63,549 nucleotides of DNA, taken from NCBI GenBank assembly GCA_964546565.1, contig CAZJKC010000002.1:1-63549 (forward strand), written 5' to 3'. Origin of the DNA: an uncultured Staphylococcaceae bacterium. GTDB taxonomy: Bacteria; Bacillota_I; Bacilli_A; RFN20; CAG-826. Both the position numbers and the translations under genes were made by a program. Shown piece by piece: positions 17,162-27,633 of the stretch; position 1 is the stretch's first letter, and every line of letters begins with the position of its first letter. Below the pieces are notes generated by a model, which saw only the letters and a list, made by a program, of their open reading frames with translations, did not search any database and was not told the DNA's origin.

Positions 17162-18673
17162 TTAGCTCCTATCACTTTTCTTATTTGATGATTTAAGAAA
17201 GGACGATACCAAATTCTCACCAGTCATCAAAAGTACTCCTATATATATTAAAGCATCTATTAAAATAATCACAATTATTTTTAAAATTGGTTGACTGATA
17301 AATACTAAATTAGCATTTAAATAATATGATAAAAAGGCCACCAATACCGATGCAATAAATATTTTCAAGTTATTGATGTTAAATATTGCTTTAAATGAAT
17401 ATTTTTTCGTTAGACATAATAGTAAAATTAGGATTAAAAAATCGCTAACAGAAGTCGCAATTGCAATACCGACTTCCGGATGTTCTTGAAAAAGATTACC
17501 AAGAACAAGACATAAAACAATATTTATAATAGTGCCTCCGCTGATACCAATTAAATAATACTTTTCTTTTCCCATCGGTAATAATATCGCATTATAAATC
17601 ATATCCGCTACCGAATAAGTTAAAGTCATACTAGCAATAATAGATAAACAAGTACCTGCCTCTTGATAACCATTACTTCCCGAAATTAAGCTCGTCACTG
17701 TTCCCGATAAAGTTGTTAAAGTCGCAATTGCGGGCAAGGCGATAAAAAAACAAATATTCATAGAATACTTCGTTAAGTTATTGAAGAAGACCTTATTTTC
17801 TAAATTATAATAATAGGTCGCTCTTGGAATAAAAACAGCACTAAGTGATGTGATGATAGTTATAACAATTTCAATTGCTTTAACACCTACAGAATATGAG
17901 CCAACGGCAATTTTTTCTTTATCAAGTAGTCCCAGTATAAAAGAATCATTTTGATTATATAAAGTCAAAATAAAAGAAATAGAAAAAATAACCAAAAGCG
18001 GTTTTAAATATTGCTTAAAATTATAAGGTCCTTGCTTTTTAAATGATACATAACGATGTAAAAATAAAAGATTAATAATAACTGTCACATATGTTACTAA
18101 ACACGTAAAGAAAGCATATAAATAGATTTGTTCAGAAATAGGTGTTAGTACACCATTTTCTGGCATTTTTATAAATAACACAATCATCATCGACGAAATG
18201 AGTAAAGCAAATATGGATCGGAAAGCGGAAAAATAATGCTTTTCTAAAGCAATATATACCCATTCAAAAGAAAATGCTCCTACTAAAAAATTCGTTGATA
18301 ATAAGAATATTAAAGCTCGATTATTAAAGAGTTCACCTTTAAATGAAAAAATTATGATGACCATTAATAAAAACGATAATACTGTTAAAATCGCTTGCAT
18401 AATAAAGAATTCTTGGACTTTATGACTCAATTTATCACGATCGCCACGTACTTTCGTACACTCACGAATAGCAACACTAGGAATGCCTAATTTAGCTAAA
18501 GTTAAAAAATAATAAACAAAGGTGTTAGCCCATGTATAAGTACCCATGCCAGCATCACCTAATGCCCGGCAAGCAAAAGGAAAGGAAATAAAAGAAAGAA
18601 TAGTTAAGGTAACTGTACGAATCATGTTAACAATAACGCTATAACGAATATTATTATTACTTTTATTATTCAT
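17162..18673 (-). CDS. Oligosaccharide flippase (MOP/Wzx family polysaccharide biosynthesis protein)
   Basis: 503 aa, about 14 TM helices, adjacent to glycosyltransferases. Confidence 0.75.
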   Translation of the reverse strand: MNNKSNNNIRYSVIVNMIRTVTLTILSFISFPFACRALGDAGMGTYTWANTFVYYFLTLAKLGIPSVAIRECTKVRGDRDKLSHKVQEFFIMQAILTVLSFLLMVIIIFSFKGELFNNRALIFLLSTNFLVGAFSFEWVYIALEKHYFSAFRSIFALLISSMMIVLFIKMPENGVLTPISEQIYLYAFFTCLVTYVTVIINLLFLHRYVSFKKQGPYNFKQYLKPLLVIFSISFILTLYNQNDSFILGLLDKEKIAVGSYSVGVKAIEIVITIITSLSAVFIPRATYYYNLENKVFFNNLTKYSMNICFFIALPAIATLTTLSGTVTSLISGSNGYQEAGTCLSIIASMTLTYSVADMIYNAILLPMGKEKYYLIGISGGTIINIVLCLVLGNLFQEHPEVGIAIATSVSDFLILILLLCLTKKYSFKAIFNINNLKIFIASVLVAFLSYYLNANLVFISQPILKIIVIILIDALIYIGVLLMTGENLVSSFLKSSNKKSDRS

Positions 18674-18700
18674 CTTTTTCTCCCCCTCTCTTTTTTTAAT

Positions 18701-20047
18701 CTATTTACCGAATATATATTTATCAATGGCCGCCGCTACATCTTGTCCTTTTTTTATTGCATTCACTACCGTGCTTGGTCCATCTACAACATCGCCAGCC
18801 GCCCACACATTAGGCATCGATGTTTGACCAAAAGGATCAACAATTATTCCACCCCATTTATTTAATTTAAGCATATCATTTGGTATTAAAAAATCGGTAT
18901 TTGGTGAGGAACTGATGGCAAAAATGATACCATCTATATCTTTTTGATAAACATTATCCGTTAATTCACGAACCGCTTTTCTTCCATCCGACATCGGGCT
19001 ATTAATTAATTCCATTTTCACATAGTTAACACTAGTTACTCGATTATTTTTCACCAATAAACTTTTAGGTAATGACAAGAACATAAAGTTCACACCTTCT
19101 TCTTGTGCTTCTTTTATTTCGTCTTCATAAGCCGGCATTTCATTTATAGTTCTTCGATACATGATTGTTGGATGACCACCTAAGCGTTTCACACTTCTTG
19201 CAACATCGATAGCGACATTCCCACCACCAACAATAACATACTCTTTATCATTTAAAGTTTGAATACTACCATTCATTTGTGCCTCTTTAATGCTTTTTAA
19301 AAAGGCATTAGCGTAATACACTCCTTCAGCATCTTCTCCCGGAATACCCATTTTTTTATCATTATCGGCTCCAGAAGCAATAAATACAGCATCAAAAGAA
19401 TATTGTGTTATAAAAGAATTTAACGTTTCTTTTATTTCATGTCCTAAATATATATTAGCCCCCATTTTAATAATGGTTTCTAAAATACCATTTAGGAATT
19501 CATTAGGCAAACGATAAGACGGAATTGCATATGTTAAAGCGCCCCCAATAAAATTATTCTTTTCAAAAATATGCACTTCATAACCTTTTTTCAATAATTC
19601 ATAAGCACATGATAATCCCGCTGGGCCCGCTCCAATAATACCAACTTTTTTCTTGTTCATTTTTATTTTAAGAGCATCATCATTACGATAACCGACAAAT
19701 CTTTCAATATTTCTAATAGCGACAGAATCGCCTTTTTTTCCTCTAACACAAGCATCTTGACAAGGATGAGGACAAACACGACCACAAATTGATGAAAAAA
19801 TAGTAGTTAATGAAAAAACGTATCGCGCCTTTTCAATGTCACCTTCTACAATAGCCTTCATTATTAAAGGAATATCATTGTGTAAAGGGCAAGCTTTTTG
19901 ACAAGGAGCATGACGGCAATTTAAACAACGACTTGCTTCTTTTGTTGCCATTTCTAAAGTATATGTTAAAGATGCTTCTTCAAAATCTTGATGACGTTGT
20001 TGGGGGTCACGAAAAAATGATGAAACTTGACTGCTTTTATCTTTCAT
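18701..20047 (-). CDS. GltD-like NAD(P)H-dependent FAD/Fe-S oxidoreductase (glutamate synthase small-chain family)
   Basis: 448 aa. N-terminal Cys cluster region EASRCLNCRHAPCQKACP...CGRVCPHPCQDAC, dinucleotide folds VGIIGAGPAGLSCA and VIVGGGNVAIDVA. Confidence 0.8.
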   Translation of the reverse strand: MKDKSSQVSSFFRDPQQRHQDFEEASLTYTLEMATKEASRCLNCRHAPCQKACPLHNDIPLIMKAIVEGDIEKARYVFSLTTIFSSICGRVCPHPCQDACVRGKKGDSVAIRNIERFVGYRNDDALKIKMNKKKVGIIGAGPAGLSCAYELLKKGYEVHIFEKNNFIGGALTYAIPSYRLPNEFLNGILETIIKMGANIYLGHEIKETLNSFITQYSFDAVFIASGADNDKKMGIPGEDAEGVYYANAFLKSIKEAQMNGSIQTLNDKEYVIVGGGNVAIDVARSVKRLGGHPTIMYRRTINEMPAYEDEIKEAQEEGVNFMFLSLPKSLLVKNNRVTSVNYVKMELINSPMSDGRKAVRELTDNVYQKDIDGIIFAISSSPNTDFLIPNDMLKLNKWGGIIVDPFGQTSMPNVWAAGDVVDGPSTVVNAIKKGQDVAAAIDKYIFGK

Positions 20048-20062
20048 TTTGTTATTCCTTTT

Positions 20063-21304
20063 TTAAAGAACAGGACGATTTTTTTTAGAATCTTTTGGAC
20101 TTTTCCACTTAATCTCGCCTTTTGAAATAGCTTTCACAGGGCAAACTGTTGCGCACAAATGACAACCAACACATTTTTCTAAATTGACATATGGCTTTCT
20201 ATCTTCATTATCAAAGATAATAGCTTGGTGCCCACCATCAAAACAAGAAATATAACAACGTCCACATTTTACACATTTATTATCATCAATATGCGGATAA
20301 ACTATATAACTACGATCTAATTCTTCACAAGGGATTATATTATCATTAGCTAAACCAATTATTTCTTTTAAAGATTTATACCCATGGTCTTCTAAATAAT
20401 AATTCATACCAGAAATCAAGTCTTCGACGATACGATATCCATATTGCATAATCGCCGTCGTTACTTGTAAAGTTGATGCTCCTAAAAGGAAAAATTCACA
20501 AGCATCTTCCCATGTTTCAATACCGCCAATACCAGATATTTCAACATTTTTAAGTTGCGAATTTGTCTTCATTTGTTGAATAAAGCGTAATGCAATTGGC
20601 TTAACGGCCTTACCAGAGTATCCGGATATTGAAGATTTACCATTGACAATTGGTAAGCCAATTTTTCTTTCTAAATCAATATTTACAATAGATTTTACGG
20701 TATTAATTGCGGCAATGCCATCGGCACCACCTGCAATACATGCAATAGCGACTTCGCACATATCACCTATATTTGGGGTCATTTTAGCCATCATCGGTAA
20801 TTTTGATCCTCTTTTAACTGCTTCACAGTACTTTTTACATAAAGCAGGATTACTACCAACATCTGAGCCCATTTCATGAGAAGTCATTTGCGGACAAGAT
20901 AAGTTCATTTCAATCATATCCGCTCCTGCTTCTTCTACTAAACGCGCTAATTCGACCCAATCTTCTTCATTTGTCCCCATAATCGAAGCAATTAAAACAC
21001 GATCGGGATATTCATCCTTTAAGCGTCGTAAATCACGTAAATTCTCTTCTAAACTATGTTCAGCAATTTGCTCCATATTTTTAAAACCGATAAAAGGAGT
21101 TCCTTCTTTCGTTAAAGCATCAAATCGCGGTGATACTTCATTTATTACAAAATGTTTAGGACCAATTGTTTTAAAAACAACTCCTCCCCATCCGACATCA
21201 TATGCTTTAGCGCACATTTCATAACAATTTCCTACTGGTGAAGAAGATAAACAAAACGGATTAGGAAAATGAACACCTAAAAATTCAATTGATAAATCTG
21301 CCAT
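20063..21304 (-). CDS. preA: NAD-dependent dihydropyrimidine dehydrogenase subunit PreA
   Basis: 413 aa. DHOD-like barrel ([23 protein letters not shown]..., NLSCPQM) plus a C-terminal 2x[4Fe-4S] domain. Long stretches match E. coli PreA (YeiA) as I recall it. Confidence 0.9.
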   Translation of the reverse strand: MADLSIEFLGVHFPNPFCLSSSPVGNCYEMCAKAYDVGWGGVVFKTIGPKHFVINEVSPRFDALTKEGTPFIGFKNMEQIAEHSLEENLRDLRRLKDEYPDRVLIASIMGTNEEDWVELARLVEEAGADMIEMNLSCPQMTSHEMGSDVGSNPALCKKYCEAVKRGSKLPMMAKMTPNIGDMCEVAIACIAGGADGIAAINTVKSIVNIDLERKIGLPIVNGKSSISGYSGKAVKPIALRFIQQMKTNSQLKNVEISGIGGIETWEDACEFFLLGASTLQVTTAIMQYGYRIVEDLISGMNYYLEDHGYKSLKEIIGLANDNIIPCEELDRSYIVYPHIDDNKCVKCGRCYISCFDGGHQAIIFDNEDRKPYVNLEKCVGCHLCATVCPVKAISKGEIKWKSPKDSKKNRPVL

Positions 21305-21306
21305 TT

Positions 21307-22533
21307 TTATTTCCCTCCTAAATACTTTTCGATACTATAAGCGGCTATTTTGCCCGTTTTTATTGCATAGACAACACTTTTATCGCCTGATACAATATCA
21401 CCGGCAGCAAATATTTTTGAATTACCAAGTTGACCATTAGTAGTCATAATTTCACCATGATTCGAATCAAAAATTGTTAATTCATCTAATGATGATACTT
21501 GACCACATGCTAAGACAATTAAATCAGCAGTAATAATTAATGAATTAGGTAAAGTCATATGTTTAAAAGTAACGGTCTTATCAATACATGAAACAGGTGT
21601 ATATCCATCAATGATAGATACATTTGCTTCATGGGCTACTTCATATTCTTCTTGGCTCGCCGGGAAGGCATCAAGAGTTTCGCGTGCTACGACAGTCACT
21701 AATTTACTACCTAATGCTTTTAATGAAGTGGCAACATCCATCGCCACATCTCCGCCTCCAATAATCAAAGCATTATGTGGAACATCAATATGCCCATCAT
21801 TAGTCTTCATCTTTTTTAACAATTCGACTGCACCAATGACATTATTATTATCCTCAAACAATGGTAATATTTTTGCTTTAGTAGTTCCTGTTGCTAATAA
21901 AATAGCGTCATATTGTGGCATAATGTCGTTGGTTATTTTCTCATTGTCAACATGATAATTATAGATAAATTCAACTCCTAAATCGATTATTCTCTTTATT
22001 TCCAAATCAACAATGTGATTGGGCAAACGATAAGATGGAATACCATAACGAAGCCATCCACCTGCTTCATTTTCTCTTTCATAAATCGTCACGGAATGCC
22101 CATTTAACGCTAGTGTTGCCGCTGCTTGTAATCCGGAAGGTCCACTTCCTATAATAGCTACTTTTTTACCTGTAGAAAGCTTTTTATGATATACCTTCAT
22201 TCCCGTTTTTTCTTCAAAATCAGTCACATATCTTTGGATATCTCCAATTTTAATAGGTTTTTCGATACCGGTTCTTGAACAAGCTTTTTGACAATATTTT
22301 TCCGTTGGACAGACTCTTGCACATATTGCGCCTAAAGCATTATTAATGCGAATGGTCTCCGCAGCACCTTTAAAATTACGAAAACGAACACTTCTAATAA
22401 ATTTAGCAGGATCCGTCTCAGCAGGACAGGCTTTTGAACATGGAGCATCATAACATAATAAGCAACGCGAAGCTTCTTCCATGACTAGCTGTGGAGTATA
22501 CAATGGTTTCCACTCTTCTAAATATTTTTTCAT
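21307..22533 (-). CDS. preT: NAD-dependent dihydropyrimidine dehydrogenase subunit PreT
   Basis: 408 aa. [43 protein letters not shown]...[11 protein letters not shown] closely parallels E. coli PreT (YeiT) as I recall it. Confidence 0.9.
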   Translation of the reverse strand: MKKYLEEWKPLYTPQLVMEEASRCLLCYDAPCSKACPAETDPAKFIRSVRFRNFKGAAETIRINNALGAICARVCPTEKYCQKACSRTGIEKPIKIGDIQRYVTDFEEKTGMKVYHKKLSTGKKVAIIGSGPSGLQAAATLALNGHSVTIYERENEAGGWLRYGIPSYRLPNHIVDLEIKRIIDLGVEFIYNYHVDNEKITNDIMPQYDAILLATGTTKAKILPLFEDNNNVIGAVELLKKMKTNDGHIDVPHNALIIGGGDVAMDVATSLKALGSKLVTVVARETLDAFPASQEEYEVAHEANVSIIDGYTPVSCIDKTVTFKHMTLPNSLIITADLIVLACGQVSSLDELTIFDSNHGEIMTTNGQLGNSKIFAAGDIVSGDKSVVYAIKTGKIAAYSIEKYLGGK

Positions 22534-22675
22534 CGACTTTAATCTCCTTAGTACATATATAATTGATATAAATATTTTACTATTTATATGGTCTTTTTAC
22601 TATGTAAAACTTTAATAAAATTAAAAAAATAAATATCAGCCTACCTTTTAAAATAAGTGCTTAATTTAAAACATT

Positions 22676-22720
22676 AAAACAGTTGGCTAGCCAAATAATC
22701 TTGGTTCACCAACTGTCTTT
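22676..22720 (-). terminator. Terminator after the 524-aa lipoprotein gene
   Basis: Minus strand: ACAGTTGGTGAACCAA...TTGGCTAGCCAACTGT followed by TTTT. Confidence 0.5.
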
Positions 22721-22764
22721 ACTCTTTTATATTTATTAAATTTACTAATAATTATGATACTGCA

Positions 22765-24339
22765 CTATTCAACGGTTAAATAAACACCGAAAATCCAATC
22801 ATATTCACCAGCATCTTTTTCTTGGAATATAAAGGTTGTATCACCTTTGCTAACACCCGTTACTTTAATAACAATACCTTTTATATTATTAGCCTTTCCA
22901 TATTCATAATCTATCTCGGCTTGAGCAATCGTTTCATCCCCGATTAAAATAGAATATAAAGAACTATAATCATCATAAGGTCCGTCATTTTTTGCTTCAA
23001 TAACTAAATAAGATGTTGTTGATTCCTTAATGGTCGTACCAAAGAAACTGAATGAGCCATTATCATCAAGGAAGTATATTAATTCACTATCAATCTCCGG
23101 CATATTTCCGGTAACACCTGAATTAGTATCAAAAGGATTGGCAACGATAGTCACTTCAACAGTTCCTAAATTAGAAATATAATCATTACCTAATGTTAAA
23201 ATTACTTTAGTATTAAGATACTGCTCATCAGTACTAATTTTATATTCATTGTTTTCTAAATAAATAGCGTCTGATGAAGAATTAGTGACATAAACATCTT
23301 CAAGATCAAGAGCCGTATCTGGTAGATAATGACGAGCGACAACATCATAGTTATCATTGTAATCAATTAAATATATATTCTTATTCGCAATAGCGGTTCC
23401 TGCAAAAACTTCATTCTTATTAGATAAAATATTTTGACCGGCATTATCATCAGTAACGCTACTTCTGATATACACGGAGTCTTTAAGTGATGTCATATAA
23501 TAAGAAGAAACATCTATCATCGGCTCCGTTTGTGTATTTTCAAGATTACCAATTTTGATACTTTGTACTTGTTCGACTCCTTTTAAAAATGCACTCGCGT
23601 TTTGTAAAGGTTGTTGATTATCATCACAACTCGCGACGTTGAAGTATTCATAAGAAAGTGATCCTTCTTGTAATTCAAATTCATAATTAAACTTCGCAAC
23701 AAAAGTATATTTATAAATACCACTAAATGTTTTCTCATCAATTCCGCTATAGGTTTTCGATTCTGCTTTTGCTTTAATAGTAATAGTTGATTCTCCTTCT
23801 TCAACAGAATAAGAAAGGATTTTAGTGCCTTCTTCGCCATAGCTTTTTTCTTCAAATTCTTTAAAGAAGTTTTTCCAAATGCCTTCTGTTAAATCAACGC
23901 GTGGTGTCATCTTTTCATTTATTTGTGAAAGCATTTCCGTTTCTTCTAGACTTCCTTCATATCCTTCGCCATCAGCATAAACCTTTTTACGTTCAGAAAA
24001 GGTATCAGAAACGGAATATTTATAACCATCAACATAACCAAAATAATTTATTTCATTGCTGGTTATATTTTTATTACTATCTTTAACAATAGTGTGTGTA
24101 TAAATTTCATGAGAGCGGAATTTATATTCCTTTTCTGTAGATGATGTTTTCGTAGTGCTTAATGTCACCAATTCCGAAACGCCTTTTTCTTGATAAGATT
24201 TTAATACACTTTTCAAAGATTCATGGGTACTAATAGTGTTGTTGCCGCTATTAACATCAGATGAACTCGATGGTGTTTTTTCATTACATCCAACTAATAA
24301 CAATGGTAAAACGAGTAGCAATAGTGTGTGTTTTTTCAT
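22765..24339 (-). CDS. Lipoprotein, 524 aa, no family recognised
   Basis: Start at MKKHTLLLLVLPLLLVGCNEK (signal peptide plus lipobox LVGC). The ORF extension to 24384 is rejected. Confidence 0.7.
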   Translation of the reverse strand: MKKHTLLLLVLPLLLVGCNEKTPSSSSDVNSGNNTISTHESLKSVLKSYQEKGVSELVTLSTTKTSSTEKEYKFRSHEIYTHTIVKDSNKNITSNEINYFGYVDGYKYSVSDTFSERKKVYADGEGYEGSLEETEMLSQINEKMTPRVDLTEGIWKNFFKEFEEKSYGEEGTKILSYSVEEGESTITIKAKAESKTYSGIDEKTFSGIYKYTFVAKFNYEFELQEGSLSYEYFNVASCDDNQQPLQNASAFLKGVEQVQSIKIGNLENTQTEPMIDVSSYYMTSLKDSVYIRSSVTDDNAGQNILSNKNEVFAGTAIANKNIYLIDYNDNYDVVARHYLPDTALDLEDVYVTNSSSDAIYLENNEYKISTDEQYLNTKVILTLGNDYISNLGTVEVTIVANPFDTNSGVTGNMPEIDSELIYFLDDNGSFSFFGTTIKESTTSYLVIEAKNDGPYDDYSSLYSILIGDETIAQAEIDYEYGKANNIKGIVIKVTGVSKGDTTFIFQEKDAGEYDWIFGVYLTVE

Positions 24340-24572
24340 TTTTTCAATCCTTATAACATAATTATTAATTATTATGCTATACAACTAACAAGTTTCCTTT
24401 CTTTTTTTATTTTATTATTAACCATAACAATCTGATTAATTTATGCTTGTTATTTTAATATGAATTAGCGCAAATTGCAATTATTTATTGAAAAAAAGAG
24501 GGTTTTCCGTTGCTTTTTTTTAAATTTTATATTAAAGTTAATATATTATTTATTTTACAAGGAGGAAGAAAA

Positions 24573-26186
24573 ATGAAAATAAAAAAATTATCATTTATTT
24601 TGCCATTGATGAGTTTTATAATTTCACTTTCATCTTGTGGTAATAATCTTCAAAATTTTGAAGAATATTATGATAAGAATTGGACCCCCGGATCTAATAG
24701 CCTGGTCGCCACCCAACCGGAAATTAAAAATCCCCATGGACAATATAATACTTTAAATGAAATAAGACGTAGCCAAAATCGTGTTGGTCTACCTTCAAGT
24801 GGACAAGCAAATATTCTTGTTGTACCCATTACTTTTGCTGATGATTATACTCAACTATTATTTACTGAAGATGATTTAACATCGATTGAGAAATTATACT
24901 TTAATGAAAATAATACTTATCCATCGGTTAGTAAATACTATGAAGAAAGTTCTTTTGGCAAATTAAAACTCTCAGGAGTTGTTTCGCCAGTTGTATCTTT
25001 ACCTTTATCATATACTGATTATATTTTAAAAGCCTATTATCAATCAAAAGATGAAGCTTATAATAGTATTGTTGAATATGTATATAATTACTTATTTGTT
25101 GATACAGAAACGTATTATATTGGCGATTTCGATAGCGACAATGACCATCGCATTGATGCCATATCATTAATTTGTAATTACTCTTACCAGTTATCATTCA
25201 CCGATGAAAGTCTTACCACTCTTCATCAAAGCTTTGTCGGTCCTAATAATGTATATTTTTCCGATTCATTAGCTGATACTGATAAAGTTCCTGTCAATTC
25301 ATATTCATTTATTTCTTCTTATTTTTATAAATACGCTTACAATAAACTCGATAGCCGTATGTATATTAGTTTAATTGGTCAAATGCTCGGTTTAGATAGT
25401 TATGAAGACTTAACCGGTAATACTTCCTCAGGAACACTAAGAGCTCCTATCAGTTATTTTGATCCAATGTCAGGCTCGATCGGAGACCATAATGCCTTTA
25501 GTAAGTATCAATTAGGATGGATTAAGCCTCAACTAATTAACGCTAGTAAAATAGGAAAAAAAGGATTAGAAATAACTATCTCTAGTTTTTCATCAAGTGG
25601 TGATTGCCTTTTATTATATACCGGTAAATCTCATAATCAATTTGGTGAATACTTATTAATCGATTTATATTCACCAACTGACAATATAAACGCTTTAGAT
25701 TCAAATACCGCTTCTCTTTATAGCGGATTATCTTTATTTAAAAATGCTGGTTTACGTGTTTATCAAATTGATGCTCGTTTAGTAAGAGGTGTATCATCAA
25801 CATTTAATGAATATGATGGTAACCCTGATTTCAAGGATATGAAAACATTAGAAAACGGTGAAAAAGAGTCTTATGTTTATGATTATGCCTATACCAATAG
25901 TTCTGTTAATGAATATGAACAAATCGGGCTAATAAATTATCCACTTATTTCTCTTTTATCAAAAAATGGAGTCAATCGCCATAATACCGATTACACCAAT
26001 ATATTAACAATCGATGATTTATTCTTGGAAGGTGATACTTTTGGAACATCTGATCAAATCGAGGGCTTTTATCAAAATTTCTCTTTCCATGGAAATGGTA
26101 ATCATGAACAAACGTTAGGTATCACTTTCGAAGTAAAAGAATTAAAAGATAATCAAGCCACAATTATCTTTAAGGGGGTTAAATAA
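24573..26186 (+). CDS. Lipoprotein with M6 (immune inhibitor A)-like metalloprotease domain lacking the HExxH motif
   Basis: Start at MKIKKLSFILPLMSFIISLSSCGNN, with AAGGAGGAA RBS. M6-like blocks NILVVPITFADD, SVSKYYEESSFGKLKLSGVV and HNAFSKYQLGWIKP. The position expected for HExxH-x-LGL reads SLIGQMLGL. Confidence 0.6.
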   Translation: MKIKKLSFILPLMSFIISLSSCGNNLQNFEEYYDKNWTPGSNSLVATQPEIKNPHGQYNTLNEIRRSQNRVGLPSSGQANILVVPITFADDYTQLLFTEDDLTSIEKLYFNENNTYPSVSKYYEESSFGKLKLSGVVSPVVSLPLSYTDYILKAYYQSKDEAYNSIVEYVYNYLFVDTETYYIGDFDSDNDHRIDAISLICNYSYQLSFTDESLTTLHQSFVGPNNVYFSDSLADTDKVPVNSYSFISSYFYKYAYNKLDSRMYISLIGQMLGLDSYEDLTGNTSSGTLRAPISYFDPMSGSIGDHNAFSKYQLGWIKPQLINASKIGKKGLEITISSFSSSGDCLLLYTGKSHNQFGEYLLIDLYSPTDNINALDSNTASLYSGLSLFKNAGLRVYQIDARLVRGVSSTFNEYDGNPDFKDMKTLENGEKESYVYDYAYTNSSVNEYEQIGLINYPLISLLSKNGVNRHNTDYTNILTIDDLFLEGDTFGTSDQIEGFYQNFSFHGNGNHEQTLGITFEVKELKDNQATIIFKGVK

Positions 26187-27619
26187 TGAATAAAAATTTA
26201 TTACTCTTATCAACTTTATTACTACCTTTATGTGCCCAAAGTAAATCTTCAAGTGCACCCGATAATAGCGTTTTAAACAATGAGATAATCGAGCAATTTA
26301 AAACACAATTAAGTACCAACTTACAATTAACAGCAAATATAACTTTTCATTACGATTCTTATATTTCTGCATTATCAATTGTTGATCAAATCAGCAATGA
26401 TTATCGTACCAATTATCTTGTCTATAATAAACAAATAATTCAAGAATTGTATGTTAAAAAAGACCAAGTAACTGGTAATGCATGTGAACAATACTTAACT
26501 ATTTCTAATACTGTCGAATCACGAAATATTGAAGATACAAGTGGTAACTCGATATTGTTCGACAACGAATACGCTTCCCCTTTTGCGCGTTTAACAAAAA
26601 TTAAAAATGAGAGTTTTAAAAATTACTTTACGATATCCGCAACTGATTCTGGTTATCAATTAGAAGCCACTGACTATGCTTATGGAATCTTAAGTCAACC
26701 ATTATTATCATTCTATTTTGATTACGATATTCTCGTTTGGGACGATAGTTATTCTCGTAGTGTAACTAATCTTATTTTAGAAATTGATAATACTGGATTA
26801 CTCACCAGTTTCTCTTTTGATAAAATCAAAAAAGATATTTATGGTGGTATCAAAGAAACATATGATGTGAAAGTTAATTCACTCGAGGCTATTTCTTTCT
26901 TAACACCGTTAAATTCTTCTCTTTCACAAGAGCAACAAGATTTATTTAGTACAAAAATGGCCTCTTTCCAAGAATTGTTGAATAAAGGTAATTTCTCACA
27001 ACATATTACTATCGCTCCACTTAAGAATAGTAATGAGAGTAATACATACGAATACTACAATTACTATGCTTTTGATGATACATCCTTTATTCCCGCGATG
27101 ATATGTTCAGCCGAACTAATTGATCAATCATATGGTAGAACCTTTATTAGTGTTCTTGATGATGGCGACTCATATGCTTCATTTGGTATCTCTCCTGACG
27201 AAGATTATCACGGATCTATTAGTGATTTTGAAACATACGATTTAACCGCCATTGTACCACAAACAAATGAAATATCCGCTTCTTTATTTAAGTATAATGA
27301 GAGCAATCAACAATACACTTTAAATTTTGATAGCTTTATGTATGATGATACCCATTTCTGCTCTTCTTTATTAATCGCTTTATTTGGAAACGTTGATCCT
27401 TCCGTACATAATCTTGGTCTTTATACTTATGATGGCTATAGTTATTATTTCCGCTCCTTAACACTTGAATTCGATGATAATAATTATTTGTATGGAAGTT
27501 TAACATTCAATTATTATGGAACCCTTTATAAATGTGAATTTGATTTCAGCAATGTCGGTACAACAAACTTACTAACTTTAGAAGATATTGCTGAAGTTGT
27601 TAATTATATTAATAATTAG
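26186..27619 (+). CDS. Lipoprotein, paralog family member 1
   Basis: MNKNLLLLSTLLLPLCAQS lipobox. TAATG overlap with the upstream gene. Shares the (A/N)SPF/NPF block and the C-terminal GTT motif with the next two genes. Confidence 0.7.
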   Translation: MNKNLLLLSTLLLPLCAQSKSSSAPDNSVLNNEIIEQFKTQLSTNLQLTANITFHYDSYISALSIVDQISNDYRTNYLVYNKQIIQELYVKKDQVTGNACEQYLTISNTVESRNIEDTSGNSILFDNEYASPFARLTKIKNESFKNYFTISATDSGYQLEATDYAYGILSQPLLSFYFDYDILVWDDSYSRSVTNLILEIDNTGLLTSFSFDKIKKDIYGGIKETYDVKVNSLEAISFLTPLNSSLSQEQQDLFSTKMASFQELLNKGNFSQHITIAPLKNSNESNTYEYYNYYAFDDTSFIPAMICSAELIDQSYGRTFISVLDDGDSYASFGISPDEDYHGSISDFETYDLTAIVPQTNEISASLFKYNESNQQYTLNFDSFMYDDTHFCSSLLIALFGNVDPSVHNLGLYTYDGYSYYFRSLTLEFDDNNYLYGSLTFNYYGTLYKCEFDFSNVGTTNLLTLEDIAEVVNYINN

Positions 27620-27633
27620 GAGGATAGGAATTT

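Noticed and set aside
23583-23855. Internal ORFs within lipoprotein genes (also 23901..24086, 24928..25197, 29028..29306, 29190..29411, 29805..30107, 30142..30339 and 32232..32489).
   Set aside because: These are off-frame or antisense ORFs in very AT-rich coding DNA, with Lys/Ile/Leu-rich products. They are nested in longer ORFs that have signal peptides.
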